A stretch of 64,000 bases of DNA from positions 155,019 to 219,018 of the IMG/VR virus record IMGVR_UViG_3300044701_003160; one strand, given 5' to 3'. The position numbers and the translations under genes were made by a program. The notes beneath the pieces were generated by a model, which saw only the letters and a program-made list of their open reading frames with translations, was not told the DNA's origin and ran no database searches. Shown one piece after another: positions 32,701 to 42,033 of the stretch. Each line of letters begins with the position of its first letter. Position 1 is the stretch's first letter.

Positions 32701-35700
32701 ATCCAAAATCGGATAAAACTGAAGTGATTCCTGGTAATGTATTATATCCCTTTCCTTTGTCTGTGACTAAAATTTCATGAATCTGGCCCATAACCCCAGA
32801 AGCGTCTGTGTAATATTCTAGACGACTTGAATTTGCATCCAACAATTCAAATTGAGGTTTTTCTAAAACATTAAATTCAAAATAATTTGAAGAGATGCCA
32901 ATAATAGTATGCTTTCCATTATAGTCACTCTCAACTATTGATATTTTATTTGCAGAAATTACTTCATCATCAATAATAATATCTTTTTTAATTTGTGAAT
33001 TTTGATTTGAATTGACTGGTATTAATTTATAGTATAAGTTATTGGGAGTTTTTTCATTAGTAATTAATGTTAATTTTGCAGTAGAATTAATACCTATTTG
33101 TCCAATTTTTGATATCTCAAAAATAGATGAAGATTGAGTACTATCAAATTCTTCAATAAATTTACTATCTTTATAAATTTTAAACTCAAATGCAGAATAG
33201 GATGTAAATCCAGTATTAGAAAAATAACTTAATGAAATATCTGATAGATCAAAAGTAACAGTTTGATTTCTTACAATTTCTATTGGTGGATTAATTGCAG
33301 AAATAGTGCCAGTAGTTGAAGAAGAAATATTAATTATTTCAGGATCATTTTTAGTCGCACCATAATAACTATGCGATAGCATAATTGTATTTGGATCCAC
33401 AACTATCGCATAATAAAGGCTTTCGTTTATCAATCCAGTTGCAGGAGTATTTGATGTATATAAAACTTTTTGACCCGTGTAATATTTGTGATTATTAACC
33501 ACAATAGTATTATTTTCAGTATTAATTGAAGAGAATGATATTGGATTAATTAGCATTCTCCTATTATAATCATCATATTTGATTACAAATGTCGTATTAA
33601 TTCCGGGTTTTACATTAATAATTACACTATCAAATAAAGAAAGACCATGAGTCTCTGCTGTAGATACTGTAACAATATTTTTGTTAATTGTTCCAGTTAG
33701 AGAATTTTGATAATTAGTTTTAAAACTATGATAATTTCCAGTTCCAATAGAGTTAAAATATAAAATACCACTTGAAGTGGAACCAACACCAACAAAGGTC
33801 CCCGTTGATCCTAATCCAACTTTAATAGTTGAAATTCCAATTAAGTTATTTGAAATTTTTGCAACATATACAATCGAGTTATTATTGAGTTGGAAACTAG
33901 AAGTGCCGTCAGTAGAAACCGAAATTACTGTTCCACCATTTGAAGAATAAATTAAAGAATCTCCAGTAATTAAATTGTGATTTGGTAAATATACTGATTG
34001 TGTTGGAATTGTAAGTTGAGTAATTCCTACTCCTGGATTTGAAAAATAAATTGTACTAACAATCCCAACTCCAGAAGTTGTTCCTAATCCAACTGATTCT
34101 ACTGGATTAAAATAAAACTCCTTAGTGGGTTTAAAGTTATACGATGTAGAAATGCCAAAGTTAATTGTGAATTTTTTTGTTTTTTCTGTAAGTGCAATTC
34201 CTGCACTATACGTTACCAACCCTAAAGTATTGTTTTGATTGCGAAGTACTTTAATTCTTGAAGATCGCGAATCTATCTCTAAAATTTTTACTTGCTCATT
34301 GCCAATCTGATATATATCATTTATTTCAATATTGGGATAATTAAAATTACCGGCGACTTTAAAATATGTCACTAGTCCAGTATATTGTGTTGACCCAACT
34401 CCAACAGTTAAAGAAAGAATATTAGTATCTATTGAAATATTTCCTATCTTTTGGTAATCATATTTTCCAGTAAAAGTTATTAAATCATTATTAATGTAAT
34501 TGTGAGGAATTGTTGCAAATCCGATAAATTCATTTCCATTTTGATATAATGTAACATCTTCAAGAGGAGAAGTTGATGCAGTAATTTGCGATACTGGTTT
34601 TCCTTTAACTAAAGATACTCTCGCTTTTGCACTAGAAATAAATTTATCTTTATTTTTAAATACTAATTTATCACCAACTTGATAATTTTGTCCACCAGTG
34701 ATAATTCCAACGGAATCTATTGTGCCGGTAGAAATATTTTTAACAATTGAATTTTGAGTTTTAATTGTATTTGGATTTAAAAGATAATCATAAGAACTTT
34801 TTTCATTTAAAAGATTATATGGAGTTGTATTTCTTCTCCATCCAGTTTCATTTATATCAATAAAATCTTGATTGGAATAATTGTCAAAATTAAATGTAAT
34901 TGGTTTTGATCTATACGTAGGTCCTATTATGTAAGGAAAAATTGGCTTTTTATATTTTTCAAATAAACCATTAGACTCTGGTTGCCCATTACTAATAGTT
35001 GAAAAATAAGCATACACTCCATTTGGATATTCTGGAGTGATACAAAATCTTCCATTATGTTCATCTAAATCACCATCTCCAGTATATTCATAGTCTTCTA
35101 TAAAAAATCCAATAGGATATCCACTTGGCCTATCAATATTAATAGTAGTATTTTGTTTTTCTTTATATCCAGAAATCAAACATTTTATTGCTCCTCCCGT
35201 TTTTGACGAATATCCATAAGGACCATAAATTGGATTTCCATCATAAGCCCATCCAATAATTGGCGAGTGTGCGTTTGACGTTATTTCATTACCATCAGAA
35301 AGTTGAAGATCTGGTATATAAACTCTTTCTCCTTCTCTAAAGGTAGTTGCCTGAACTAAAGATCTTAGTGACCTTGGTGCATATGCATGAGTATATTGAA
35401 GTCCATAATCACTATTCAGACCAGAAGTTAATAATCCATCATCACTCCATATTTTTGAAGATTTAATTGATCTTTCTACTAAATTAATTTTCCAAGATTT
35501 TATTTGAGATTCAAATTTTGCACCAATTCCAGATGAAGTGACGATAATTGAGGTGTTATTTGGATCATACCCAGTTCCTCCCGATATTACTTTAACTTCA
35601 ACAAGAGATTCATTCGAAAAAATTGGAGTCAAAGTAGCACCTACACCACTACCAATTATTTCAATATTAGGTGAAGAATTATATCCATTTCCAGGACTGT

Positions 35701-38700
35701 TTATTAGAACGTCAACAATTTGACCATCAGAAACAATCGGCGTAAGTTGAATTCCTGAACCAGAACTTAATTCAAATAGTGGTTGCCTATTATAGTTAAT
35801 AATTTCTTCAGATCCATATTTTGAACCACCAGACTCTATAGATACTGATTTAATTTCTCCTCTGAAAATCGGTCGGATAATAGCATTAAAATCCTGGCCA
35901 GTTAGAGTAGAAACTCCTATTTTCCCCTTAACAGAAACTTGTATCTCTGGGTAATTAAATTTATGAGTTCCATTACCAGTTGAAGTCAAGTTAACATATT
36001 GTTTTGTATCATAGTAAAAAGATGTGGTAATTCCTAATGTTGATATTCCAATCGAAGATAATTTAAAATTATTATCATCTAATTTAGTTACATAGTATGA
36101 GGTAGAAGACGATAAACCACCAATAGGAGTTTGTGTGGCGTTATATGTAATTACTTCTCCGCTCAGATAACCATGTTCCAAAATAGTAATAACATTTGAT
36201 GATGTATTAATACCACTTATACTTGCTGTAGTTAATTTATTTTGATAATTGAACCCACTATTCTCTATGGTAATTGATCCTATTTTTTTCTTCTTATTTT
36301 TAGATTTAAATGTATGATTTCCTATTCCATATGAAGTCAATTGAATAGTATTGATTCCACTAACTGCATCAGAAAAAGATTTATGTAATTTTACAGTATA
36401 TGCATCTTGAACAGAAACAAAATAACTTGAATTTGTTGATAATCCACTTACTACATTTTGTCCATCTATAGTATAAATTACTTCTTCAGCATCACGAAAC
36501 TTGTGATAACTAGAAAATCCAATAGTGTTTATTGGATTTAACTTTACTAGTCCAGCAGAACTTTGTGAATTGAAGGAAACCTGATGATCAAAACTAATTA
36601 AATTTGGTTTTGCTGAGGCATTAAATCCGTTTCCACCAAGTATTTCAATTTTTGGATCTTCCAAATAATCAAATCCTGGATCAATAATATCAATTCTTTT
36701 AAGGTTGCCAACTACTGAACAATTAGCATTTGCTCCGGATCCAATAGGATCAATAATTGTTAGTGTTGGTGGAGAAATTACATCGTAGTCTGTACCAGGT
36801 GCTGTTGGATATATTTTTTCAATTGGACCATAATAAATATTATCTTTTGATTTATAATTAAGCAATTCAACTCCATTTATAAAAATTCCTGTAATTCCTG
36901 GGTCAGTATCATAGATTTTACCATCAACTTCCGGGTTTGAAATTTTTCGAATTAATTTTTGAGATTCTAAAAGTTGAGTGCTTAAATCTCTATATGTAAA
37001 ATCAGTAAGTTCAAATTTAGCACTAGTTACTGTTCCAGCTACCGAAACAAAATTTTCTGTAAAAATATTACTTCTACTCCGTGCTAATTTTACTTGAGTT
37101 TCGCTTATTTTTTTAATAAAATAAACTCCTGTTGAGATTCCTAAATTGTTTGTTTCTGATAGTGGTTTGTATACAATAGAATCTCCAGTATAAAAACCAT
37201 GAGCAACTTCCAAGTCTAAAGTTGTTCCACTAAAAGTACCACTACGACCATCTGGAGGAAATGTAATTGATTGGTCATCAATTTTTAGTGGTTGTTTTAA
37301 ATAGTTTAAATAAGTTGGAAGTGATGGAGAAGAAACATATATGGATCCATCATTTTCATAATAAACATTTTGCACATTTGATGTATATTGATTTACTGAT
37401 GGATAATTATCAGTTAATACTTTGGATAAATTTTTCTTAACTGTATATGTTAAATTTGTATCCAATAAAGATTGATCAGATCCCAATTGAATACTAAAAG
37501 ACTTTTGGTTGTTGAAAAAGGTTACAGATCCACTCTGTTCAACACCAGAAGAAGATATTAAAGTTACATAGTTGCCGACATTTAATGAATGAGAATCATA
37601 AAGATCAATACTATAAGATTTATCTGAACTATCTAACAATCTAATAGATTTTACTTCATATTTTACTGGAATGTTAAAAAACCAATTATTTGACTTATAA
37701 TCTTTTAAATTTATACCTAAAGTTTTAATTTTTACCGCATCATCTTTAGAATAAAAGCGAGTTCCTTCAGGTATTTTTAGTTTGGAAAGAACACCCAAAA
37801 TTCTAATTTTTACTTGCTTCCCATTCGAATATCCATACGCATATAAGTCAGTCTTTATTTCTGTAGATTCTGGAATATCTTGAGTGATTCCGGAACAACC
37901 TAAGAACTGATTTAAAGTTTTTGATGTATATGTAATTTTTAAAGAAGTTCCATTTTCTAAATTAACAAGTAAATTTCCATTTTGATTTGGAAATGCGACT
38001 GTAGAATCTACTTCTAAAGTAGTTGATCCAGAAATTATAGAAGAAACTATTTTAGTTTTTGGATGAATATTGAATCTTCCATATATTGTTCCGGAAGGTT
38101 GAATATCTTTATTGTAATCAGAATCTAAACTAATGACATAATAATTCTTTGAGTTTCTTCTAATTTTTTCAACTTTCGTAATCGTCCCTTGTGCAGCATC
38201 AGTAAAGTCCCCTTTATCTTGATATAATGTCCCATTAACAAGATCTTCTGGGTTTCCGTCAATAGATTCTACGACAAAATCATTAGTAATTCTATATTGA
38301 GCATCTGATGGTTGTATTAAATAATCCCTAGGACGAATTACCTCAACATTCTGTCCATATAAAGCACCAAATAAAATTTTAAAGGAATTATCTGTTCCCT
38401 TTGAAGAATAAAAATCAATTGATTGTTTAATAAAAAGTCTTTCATCTAATCCCGAATACAACTCTCTGTCTTCAAATCCAGGAGTAACTTGCTTTTTAAC
38501 TTTATTTAAAAATTCTTTTAAAAAAAGAATACTGAGATTTGTGACAGATGTTCCTATAGTGTGTTGTTCTGACAGACTCTCTATAAATGTTAGTTCGTCG
38601 TTATCTTTATATGAGGTGATACCGTTAAATCCACGAACACACCCTTCAAAAGTTGTAGAACTTTTTGAAGTATATGTAATAATTTCTGAATCAATTAGAA

Positions 38701-38983
38701 GGAGACCATATGAGTCAGGAAATCCTGCTGTAGATGTTACATTTATTGTGGAATCAAAAAAAGTTACATTAGATTCTAAAGTTGTCGATTCTATTAAATT
38801 TGTTAAGTTGTCAACCTTAATATATTGATCAATATTTTGAAGTATGTCACTTGTTCCGCCTTGATTTTCTAAAGAAATATAATATTGTGATAGAAATTCG
38901 GAAACAAGAGGAAACTCCTCTTTAACGAATTGTGGCAGTTGATTTTCGACAATAGAACTGATTTTGATTCTGGTTTCTGTCAT
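26774..38983 (-). CDS. gp7: Baseplate wedge initiator (giant cyanophage form)
   Basis: 4069 aa; N-terminal QLPQFVKEE, FYSSKGT..SFKILF; YYQYFSYALK...HTVGFKKFG; lies between gp6 and gp8. Confidence 0.85.
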   Translation of the reverse strand: MTETRIKISSIVENQLPQFVKEEFPLVSEFLSQYYISLENQGGTSDILQNIDQYIKVDNLTNLIESTTLESNVTFFDSTINVTSTAGFPDSYGLLLIDSEIITYTSKSSTTFEGCVRGFNGITSYKDNDELTFIESLSEQHTIGTSVTNLSILFLKEFLNKVKKQVTPGFEDRELYSGLDERLFIKQSIDFYSSKGTDNSFKILFGALYGQNVEVIRPRDYLIQPSDAQYRITNDFVVESIDGNPEDLVNGTLYQDKGDFTDAAQGTITKVEKIRRNSKNYYVISLDSDYNKDIQPSGTIYGRFNIHPKTKIVSSIISGSTTLEVDSTVAFPNQNGNLLVNLENGTSLKITYTSKTLNQFLGCSGITQDIPESTEIKTDLYAYGYSNGKQVKIRILGVLSKLKIPEGTRFYSKDDAVKIKTLGINLKDYKSNNWFFNIPVKYEVKSIRLLDSSDKSYSIDLYDSHSLNVGNYVTLISSSGVEQSGSVTFFNNQKSFSIQLGSDQSLLDTNLTYTVKKNLSKVLTDNYPSVNQYTSNVQNVYYENDGSIYVSSPSLPTYLNYLKQPLKIDDQSITFPPDGRSGTFSGTTLDLEVAHGFYTGDSIVYKPLSETNNLGISTGVYFIKKISETQVKLARSRSNIFTENFVSVAGTVTSAKFELTDFTYRDLSTQLLESQKLIRKISNPEVDGKIYDTDPGITGIFINGVELLNYKSKDNIYYGPIEKIYPTAPGTDYDVISPPTLTIIDPIGSGANANCSVVGNLKRIDIIDPGFDYLEDPKIEILGGNGFNASAKPNLISFDHQVSFNSQSSAGLVKLNPINTIGFSSYHKFRDAEEVIYTIDGQNVVSGLSTNSSYFVSVQDAYTVKLHKSFSDAVSGINTIQLTSYGIGNHTFKSKNKKKKIGSITIENSGFNYQNKLTTASISGINTSSNVITILEHGYLSGEVITYNATQTPIGGLSSSTSYYVTKLDDNNFKLSSIGISTLGITTSFYYDTKQYVNLTSTGNGTHKFNYPEIQVSVKGKIGVSTLTGQDFNAIIRPIFRGEIKSVSIESGGSKYGSEEIINYNRQPLFELSSGSGIQLTPIVSDGQIVDVLINSPGNGYNSSPNIEIIGSGVGATLTPIFSNESLVEVKVISGGTGYDPNNTSIIVTSSGIGAKFESQIKSWKINLVERSIKSSKIWSDDGLLTSGLNSDYGLQYTHAYAPRSLRSLVQATTFREGERVYIPDLQLSDGNEITSNAHSPIIGWAYDGNPIYGPYGYSSKTGGAIKCLISGYKEKQNTTINIDRPSGYPIGFFIEDYEYTGDGDLDEHNGRFCITPEYPNGVYAYFSTISNGQPESNGLFEKYKKPIFPYIIGPTYRSKPITFNFDNYSNQDFIDINETGWRRNTTPYNLLNEKSSYDYLLNPNTIKTQNSIVKNISTGTIDSVGIITGGQNYQVGDKLVFKNKDKFISSAKARVSLVKGKPVSQITASTSPLEDVTLYQNGNEFIGFATIPHNYINNDLITFTGKYDYQKIGNISIDTNILSLTVGVGSTQYTGLVTYFKVAGNFNYPNIEINDIYQIGNEQVKILEIDSRSSRIKVLRNQNNTLGLVTYSAGIALTEKTKKFTINFGISTSYNFKPTKEFYFNPVESVGLGTTSGVGIVSTIYFSNPGVGITQLTIPTQSVYLPNHNLITGDSLIYSSNGGTVISVSTDGTSSFQLNNNSIVYVAKISNNLIGISTIKVGLGSTGTFVGVGSTSSGILYFNSIGTGNYHSFKTNYQNSLTGTINKNIVTVSTAETHGLSLFDSVIINVKPGINTTFVIKYDDYNRRMLINPISFSSINTENNTIVVNNHKYYTGQKVLYTSNTPATGLINESLYYAIVVDPNTIMLSHSYYGATKNDPEIINISSSTTGTISAINPPIEIVRNQTVTFDLSDISLSYFSNTGFTSYSAFEFKIYKDSKFIEEFDSTQSSSIFEISKIGQIGINSTAKLTLITNEKTPNNLYYKLIPVNSNQNSQIKKDIIIDDEVISANKISIVESDYNGKHTIIGISSNYFEFNVLEKPQFELLDANSSRLEYYTDASGVMGQIHEILVTDKGKGYNTLPGITSVLSDFGSNAVLLPITNSIGKVTSAEIQDIGFEYSADYSVRPTAKYPDILVLNSLSSFDYIGITSFGRNYNTPPTLVVIDGLTNKVISDVNLTYSFGELNVTIQKNTTELSNVTPKIIPTNNSNGIKIKNISFNNSSKDVTVTLGASFSDPEDFPFEIGSKVLVEGISVGVASTGRGYNSSNYDYSLFTITAVDPNIGGVNGIVTYSLLSNLNVNEIPGTFNSSNSSGKIIPESDFPIFNPVLKKNIFYEGETVYSSSANGIVENWDSDNRYLKVSSINDFEINQTIRGKTSGSVGIIEEIIKFESDYEIDSYSQIRKGWNRETGFLNNNFQRVHDSDYYQYFSYALKTSKDLNVWDGPVSALNHTVGFKKFGNLLIESKQSNTGITTDQNGGDFTGISDLSSFVSLNCVYDFDLASENNINIDGEIKSNEIRFNSSIIQDYIESVGNRVLMIDDISTQFNSNPRPTVFSIVDSFILEDFRSKKYITFVRDKGDYRKCELSLVSLVHNDSVGFLNQYGNISASDNLGFFDFNVFGTEGNLLYYPIKSKSNNYHVQLFSFSLNNISSGIGSLSLGDSVNLNTNTTNIPTATSSATNIVGIASTYRSAKVLVQIGATDSSYFEYDEITYIHNGTDVYFLDYGQLSTDVPTQISSSGIGTYNAYVSGSNVLIDLIPNESTTVDYVVNTFNVSLGNTIASGIGTEIIEGSSLSSSSIDIASSGSPTSNIIASYSNVDYDCSYSIISIEDKTNLEYQVCEFLTVSSDSTCYTTEFGIIQTNSSLGIITAGILGSTTNIYFTPIENIDTNVKVFKVDLGLSPDSAEISLTNGYLNYDYGSYTGTDNDIKKEFNLTHKNLPIFQRYFDASNPNVVKIDQNIITIQNNYYVTGEEIVYSSPGEGTTQSIGIATTSIPGIGTTDKLPSSLYVVKINDLDIKVASSATDALKTIPNVLDLTSIGIGNSHIFTSKNQNKKVIIGIDNLIQSPVTSTAVTTTLSKNITIFDSEVYVSGISSIYSGDLIKINSEIMKVSAVGVGSTNSISVIRPWLGTKISSHTLSNLVTKILGNYNIVDNILYFSAAPFGKVPFTNPSNRPDETDYVGIATGSSFSGRVFLRSGVSDTTNESYSNNYIFDDISNNFNGSQKSFTLKSNGTNVTGISTDNAIVLINSIFQGPVSSGFTAGDYDLVENAGITSITFTGSSQFTKYDVNAASVPRGGVILSVGSTQGFGYQPLVAAGGTAIVSSAGTIQSISIGNSGSGYRSGIQNIINVGIKTEDLVNSNIEFIGTAAVSNGSIVSIAITNPGIGYTTSNPPIVVFDYPLSYSNLPLVYSSQSSSGLGTGAYVDIVVGQGSSVISFEIKNLGYGYKPQEILTVSIGGTSGIQTNSSVSFSEFQIIIDQIQSDQFSAWSIGSLQVIDPLDSLFDGQRTRFPILIDGNQTTIRSKKGSNIDVQATLLVFINDVLQVPGRGYIFAGGSIIRFTEAPKAGDKSKILFYRGTGDVDTLTVDILETIKVGDTVDLNSDNILLKQDDRLVTDIVSTDVINTNLYSGPGISQEEDLLRPLTWCKQTEDLVVNGQSVGKDRVIYEPYIQPVSNIIQNVGIASTAIFVESVKTFFDSEKEYTHNGITEKPQNKISIVSQDNLIAAAATVVVSTSGTISSIIISDGGVGYTTSPIVSIQKPIDYIISTIGNIGINTNLITGINTSNIVVGYEIFEPSNIVSVGTTVTFIGTGTIGISTTTLNTESYENIQLKIGLGVTALALSTISVGGTVSSISISNAGTGYTTSNPPVVLIEPPQPNYEVIDNISYSGDFGVITGIKTTSVGVASTGIVFDFYIPQNSPLRDGKTVKVGIATTGISGIQTGYYFVVNKSNVGNGLTSQNSSGAVVGVGTTFIDNIYQVSAVSIAQTAVAGVGITYVAQVTVSVSGYNGLSGLGFSGFYGEYSWGRISVPTRKDPHQFTTYANIGGISSSPTIQRFNRLKYSNYNT

Positions 38984-38987
38984 TTTA

Positions 38988-40898
38988 TTATATTCTTACA
39001 AGGTCTCCGTTAGTGTAGCTTGATGTAGATCTATAAGTTGATCCAGATATATCTGAACCAGAAGAAATTTCATCCGATAACATATTTAACGAACTATTAT
39101 TAATATCTAGTTGCAAATATAAGTCTTGTAATCCAATTACATCATTTGATTTTGGAACTACAGAAATTTGGATAATTGGTTGATTAAATGATACTTTAGA
39201 TGATGAATTTATATTAACTGGATATAATTTTATTTCACCTTTAACATAATCAACCACACCTACATTTCTTTTAACAATAATTGGTTGTGTTGGTGATTGC
39301 AGTTTAAAGAAGAAAATACTTCCAGTTAATCCATTTGAATCTGGAAGATCTGAAAAATATAAAGTATCACTTATTCCTGCAACTTTAAATCCAGATGATT
39401 TAATATTGTATCCATTTGCATTTTTGACATAAAACTCATTACCATAACAAATTTCATAGTCAGCAAACTTATTTAACTCAACTCTCAAATCTCGTCTCAT
39501 TACAATTTTAGTAATATTTGAGGTCACCGCACTGTCTGAGTCATCAATAACTTTCAAATATTTACTATACTTAAATCTTGCTCCATACTTATTTAATTCT
39601 TTTGAATTTGCATATCTTTCAATATTGGTAAAAATAATGTCTTTTAAATAATTTGGATTAGATGTTGAGTTTGAATTGTAATATGCAGTTGTATCGGTTT
39701 CAATATACAAGTACTTCAAATCAATAATTTCTGGCACAATTCCTGCAACAGCATATCTTCTTAAAGAACTTTCAATATTATCTTTTACTTGGTTTGAAAC
39801 AAATGGGCCATTAATTGGTTTAATACTAATAAAAACTCTTCCATATTTTGGTGGGGTTAAGTCTTCTCCACCAAAAACTGAAATTGATTCTGCCTCTGGA
39901 TAAATGGTAGGTATAATGGTTTCATAATCAGTTGCTGTAACTGCACGATTTTGAGATGCATATTTTCTAGGAGCATACTTTTTAATCGATTCGACAGATT
40001 CAATCTCTCTTCCATTTTGAGATTGTGAATTAGTTGTAATCAAAGAAATTCCTGTTGTAACTACTCTTCCACTATTATCAACTATACGACCATTAAAATT
40101 AAAAGATGATATTCCATTTCCAGATTCACCATTCGTTATGTTATAAGAGATCTCAATATAGTTTAAATTTTCAAGTTTTTTGCCAAAAACACCATCTCCA
40201 AAAATTAATTCATATCTTTGATCTTCAATCTCTTGAATAAAGAAAATTCTGGACTCAGAATCAATATTAAAAAGATTCTTTGATAATTTAAAAGTTTTTC
40301 TAATTGTACTTTCTTGAGTATCCCTCACAAAGACATTAATTGAATCTATGTCAATATTTGCATTATCCAAGATGAATTTTTGATTTGGATTATTTGCATC
40401 TACTATAAAACTATTAACAATAAGGGTTCCCTCATAGATATCGACATTTTCAAATAAAGCAATTCCATTTACTACAGGAACTGTAATATCTTGAGCAATA
40501 ATAAAGGAGAAATTTTGATTACCAAAAGAAGTGCTTGTAGTACAAACAACTCCACTTTTAAGTGTTAAAGTAATTGGATTTGTTGTAAATCCTGTTGTAT
40601 CCACAAAAAATGAAATATTTGCTCTTGATGCTGATCGTGAGTGTGGAACATAACCAATATTTCTTGCTAACGATACCACATTCTCTCTTAATGTGGCACT
40701 ATCAATAAAAACCTCATTGCTAATCATATTAGCATTGTATGAGGAAATATATGTATTATATGCCAACACATCAATTAATGTTGAAAGATTAGATCCTTCA
40801 AAATCATAGTCTGTAAAGTTTGAATTCGCTCTGAGATACTCGCGAATTGAACTTTTTATTTGATCGAAATCTAAATCTGTAAAATTAACTAATGCCAT
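38988..40898 (-). CDS. gp6: Baseplate wedge subunit
   Basis: LDFDQIKSSI, FTDYDFEGSNLS.LIDVLAYNT, FIDSATLRENVVSLA, QNRAVTATDY. Confidence 0.97.
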   Translation of the reverse strand: MALVNFTDLDFDQIKSSIREYLRANSNFTDYDFEGSNLSTLIDVLAYNTYISSYNANMISNEVFIDSATLRENVVSLARNIGYVPHSRSASRANISFFVDTTGFTTNPITLTLKSGVVCTTSTSFGNQNFSFIIAQDITVPVVNGIALFENVDIYEGTLIVNSFIVDANNPNQKFILDNANIDIDSINVFVRDTQESTIRKTFKLSKNLFNIDSESRIFFIQEIEDQRYELIFGDGVFGKKLENLNYIEISYNITNGESGNGISSFNFNGRIVDNSGRVVTTGISLITTNSQSQNGREIESVESIKKYAPRKYASQNRAVTATDYETIIPTIYPEAESISVFGGEDLTPPKYGRVFISIKPINGPFVSNQVKDNIESSLRRYAVAGIVPEIIDLKYLYIETDTTAYYNSNSTSNPNYLKDIIFTNIERYANSKELNKYGARFKYSKYLKVIDDSDSAVTSNITKIVMRRDLRVELNKFADYEICYGNEFYVKNANGYNIKSSGFKVAGISDTLYFSDLPDSNGLTGSIFFFKLQSPTQPIIVKRNVGVVDYVKGEIKLYPVNINSSSKVSFNQPIIQISVVPKSNDVIGLQDLYLQLDINNSSLNMLSDEISSGSDISGSTYRSTSSYTNGDLVRI

Positions 40899-41299
40899 TA
40901 TCGTGTTGGCTGAAGTGCAAATGATAACTGTTGTGGAAGAACGTCAATTCCCACAATACGATAGTTTATAGTAACGTTAAATTCATTATTGTCGTAATTT
41001 GGTACAACAACTACATCAATCAAATTTACTCTAGGTTCATAATTTTGAATAGTATTTTCAATTTCATCTTTTATTACGGATGCAGAAATTTCATCCATGT
41101 TTTCAAAAAGAGATCTACTCACTTTTGAACCTAGATTTTCATTAAAAAATTTTTCTCCGGGATATGTAAACACTAAATTGCGAATAGAACGAGCAATTGC
41201 AGTCTCATTTTTTAATGCAATTAAATCGTAGTTAATGGGATTCGCTTGAAAAGACATACTTAAGTCTTTAAATCCCTTACTTACCCGTTCTACAGGCAT
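40898..41299 (-). CDS. gp25: Baseplate wedge subunit gp25-like
   Basis: FKDLS..F, AIARSIRNLV.T..GE.FF...LGS, IQNYEPRV. Confidence 0.95.
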   Translation of the reverse strand: MPVERVSKGFKDLSMSFQANPINYDLIALKNETAIARSIRNLVFTYPGEKFFNENLGSKVSRSLFENMDEISASVIKDEIENTIQNYEPRVNLIDVVVVPNYDNNEFNVTINYRIVGIDVLPQQLSFALQPTR

Positions 41300-41319
41300 A
41301 AAATTTTACAAAATCTGTA

Positions 41320-41991
41320 TTATTTATTCGGGTTTTTAAACTCATAAAGTGGTTCTGTACCATACTCCCAATCATCATAGTCATTATCATTACGAATCTT
41401 GGAATGAATCTCATTTTGAACGTTAAAATTATGTTTTTTGGGAGTTAAATCGTCATTTGCAATTTCTCTAAGCATTTTTTGGTCCATTTTTTGCTCCTGA
41501 TTTGTTAAATCAGAACTTTTTACGGGGTTGCTATCCCGTTTTTTGACCATATCATAGTCATCTTCAAGGATTTCTTTTAAATATTCATCATCCCACATAT
41601 CATAATAGGATGTTTTAGCTAAAGTTTTTCTAAATTTTTTTAATTTGTCAGTTGGTTGCGATAAAATTAAATTATATTTACCATTATTTGTCTGTATTCC
41701 TTTGATATAGGTATTGTATGTACCACAATCTTCAAAAAATTTCCATTTTTCATACTTTGAATTGTAAAAATCAACCCAGGATTGAATAGTATCAAGATCT
41801 AAGTAGTCTTCAACAATAAAAATAATGACTTGATATCCTTCTATGGGTTCAATGTCTTCTGCGGCGCACTCTATGATTTTAAATTTTGAATTTGATGCAA
41901 AAGGGCAAATAGCGAATCCATTTAATTCCTTTCTTACTTGAGAAACTTCCTTAATCCAATTTAAAATATAAAGTTCTTTATCTGAAAACAT
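41320..41991 (-). CDS. Hypothetical protein, apparently two genes fused in frame (internal start at 41487)
   Basis: 223-aa ORF; internal AGGAG-N6-ATG at 41498-41485 gives a 55-aa product. Confidence 0.6.
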   Translation of the reverse strand: MFSDKELYILNWIKEVSQVRKELNGFAICPFASNSKFKIIECAAEDIEPIEGYQVIIFIVEDYLDLDTIQSWVDFYNSKYEKWKFFEDCGTYNTYIKGIQTNNGKYNLILSQPTDKLKKFRKTLAKTSYYDMWDDEYLKEILEDDYDMVKKRDSNPVKSSDLTNQEQKMDQKMLREIANDDLTPKKHNFNVQNEIHSKIRNDNDYDDWEYGTEPLYEFKNPNK

Positions 41992-42027
41992 AAAAAAAAA
42001 GAGTGCTTATTTCTATTTAAGCACTCT
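41992..42027 (-). terminator. Intrinsic terminator with TAAATA in its loop
   Basis: GAGTGCTTA-AATAGAAA-TAAGCACTC followed by T9 on minus strand. Confidence 0.8.
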
Positions 42028-42033
42028 CAAATT

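Noticed and set aside
550-41128. Many short alternative-frame and plus-strand ORFs within the structural genes
   Set aside because: They are fully nested in long conserved genes and have no RBS or motifs, so they are shadow ORFs.
41497-41513. CTGATTTAAC resemblance to a SAM-II riboswitch segment
   Set aside because: The match is short, the rest of the SAM-II pseudoknot is not apparent, and there is no SAM-related downstream gene; kept only as an unnamed structure.
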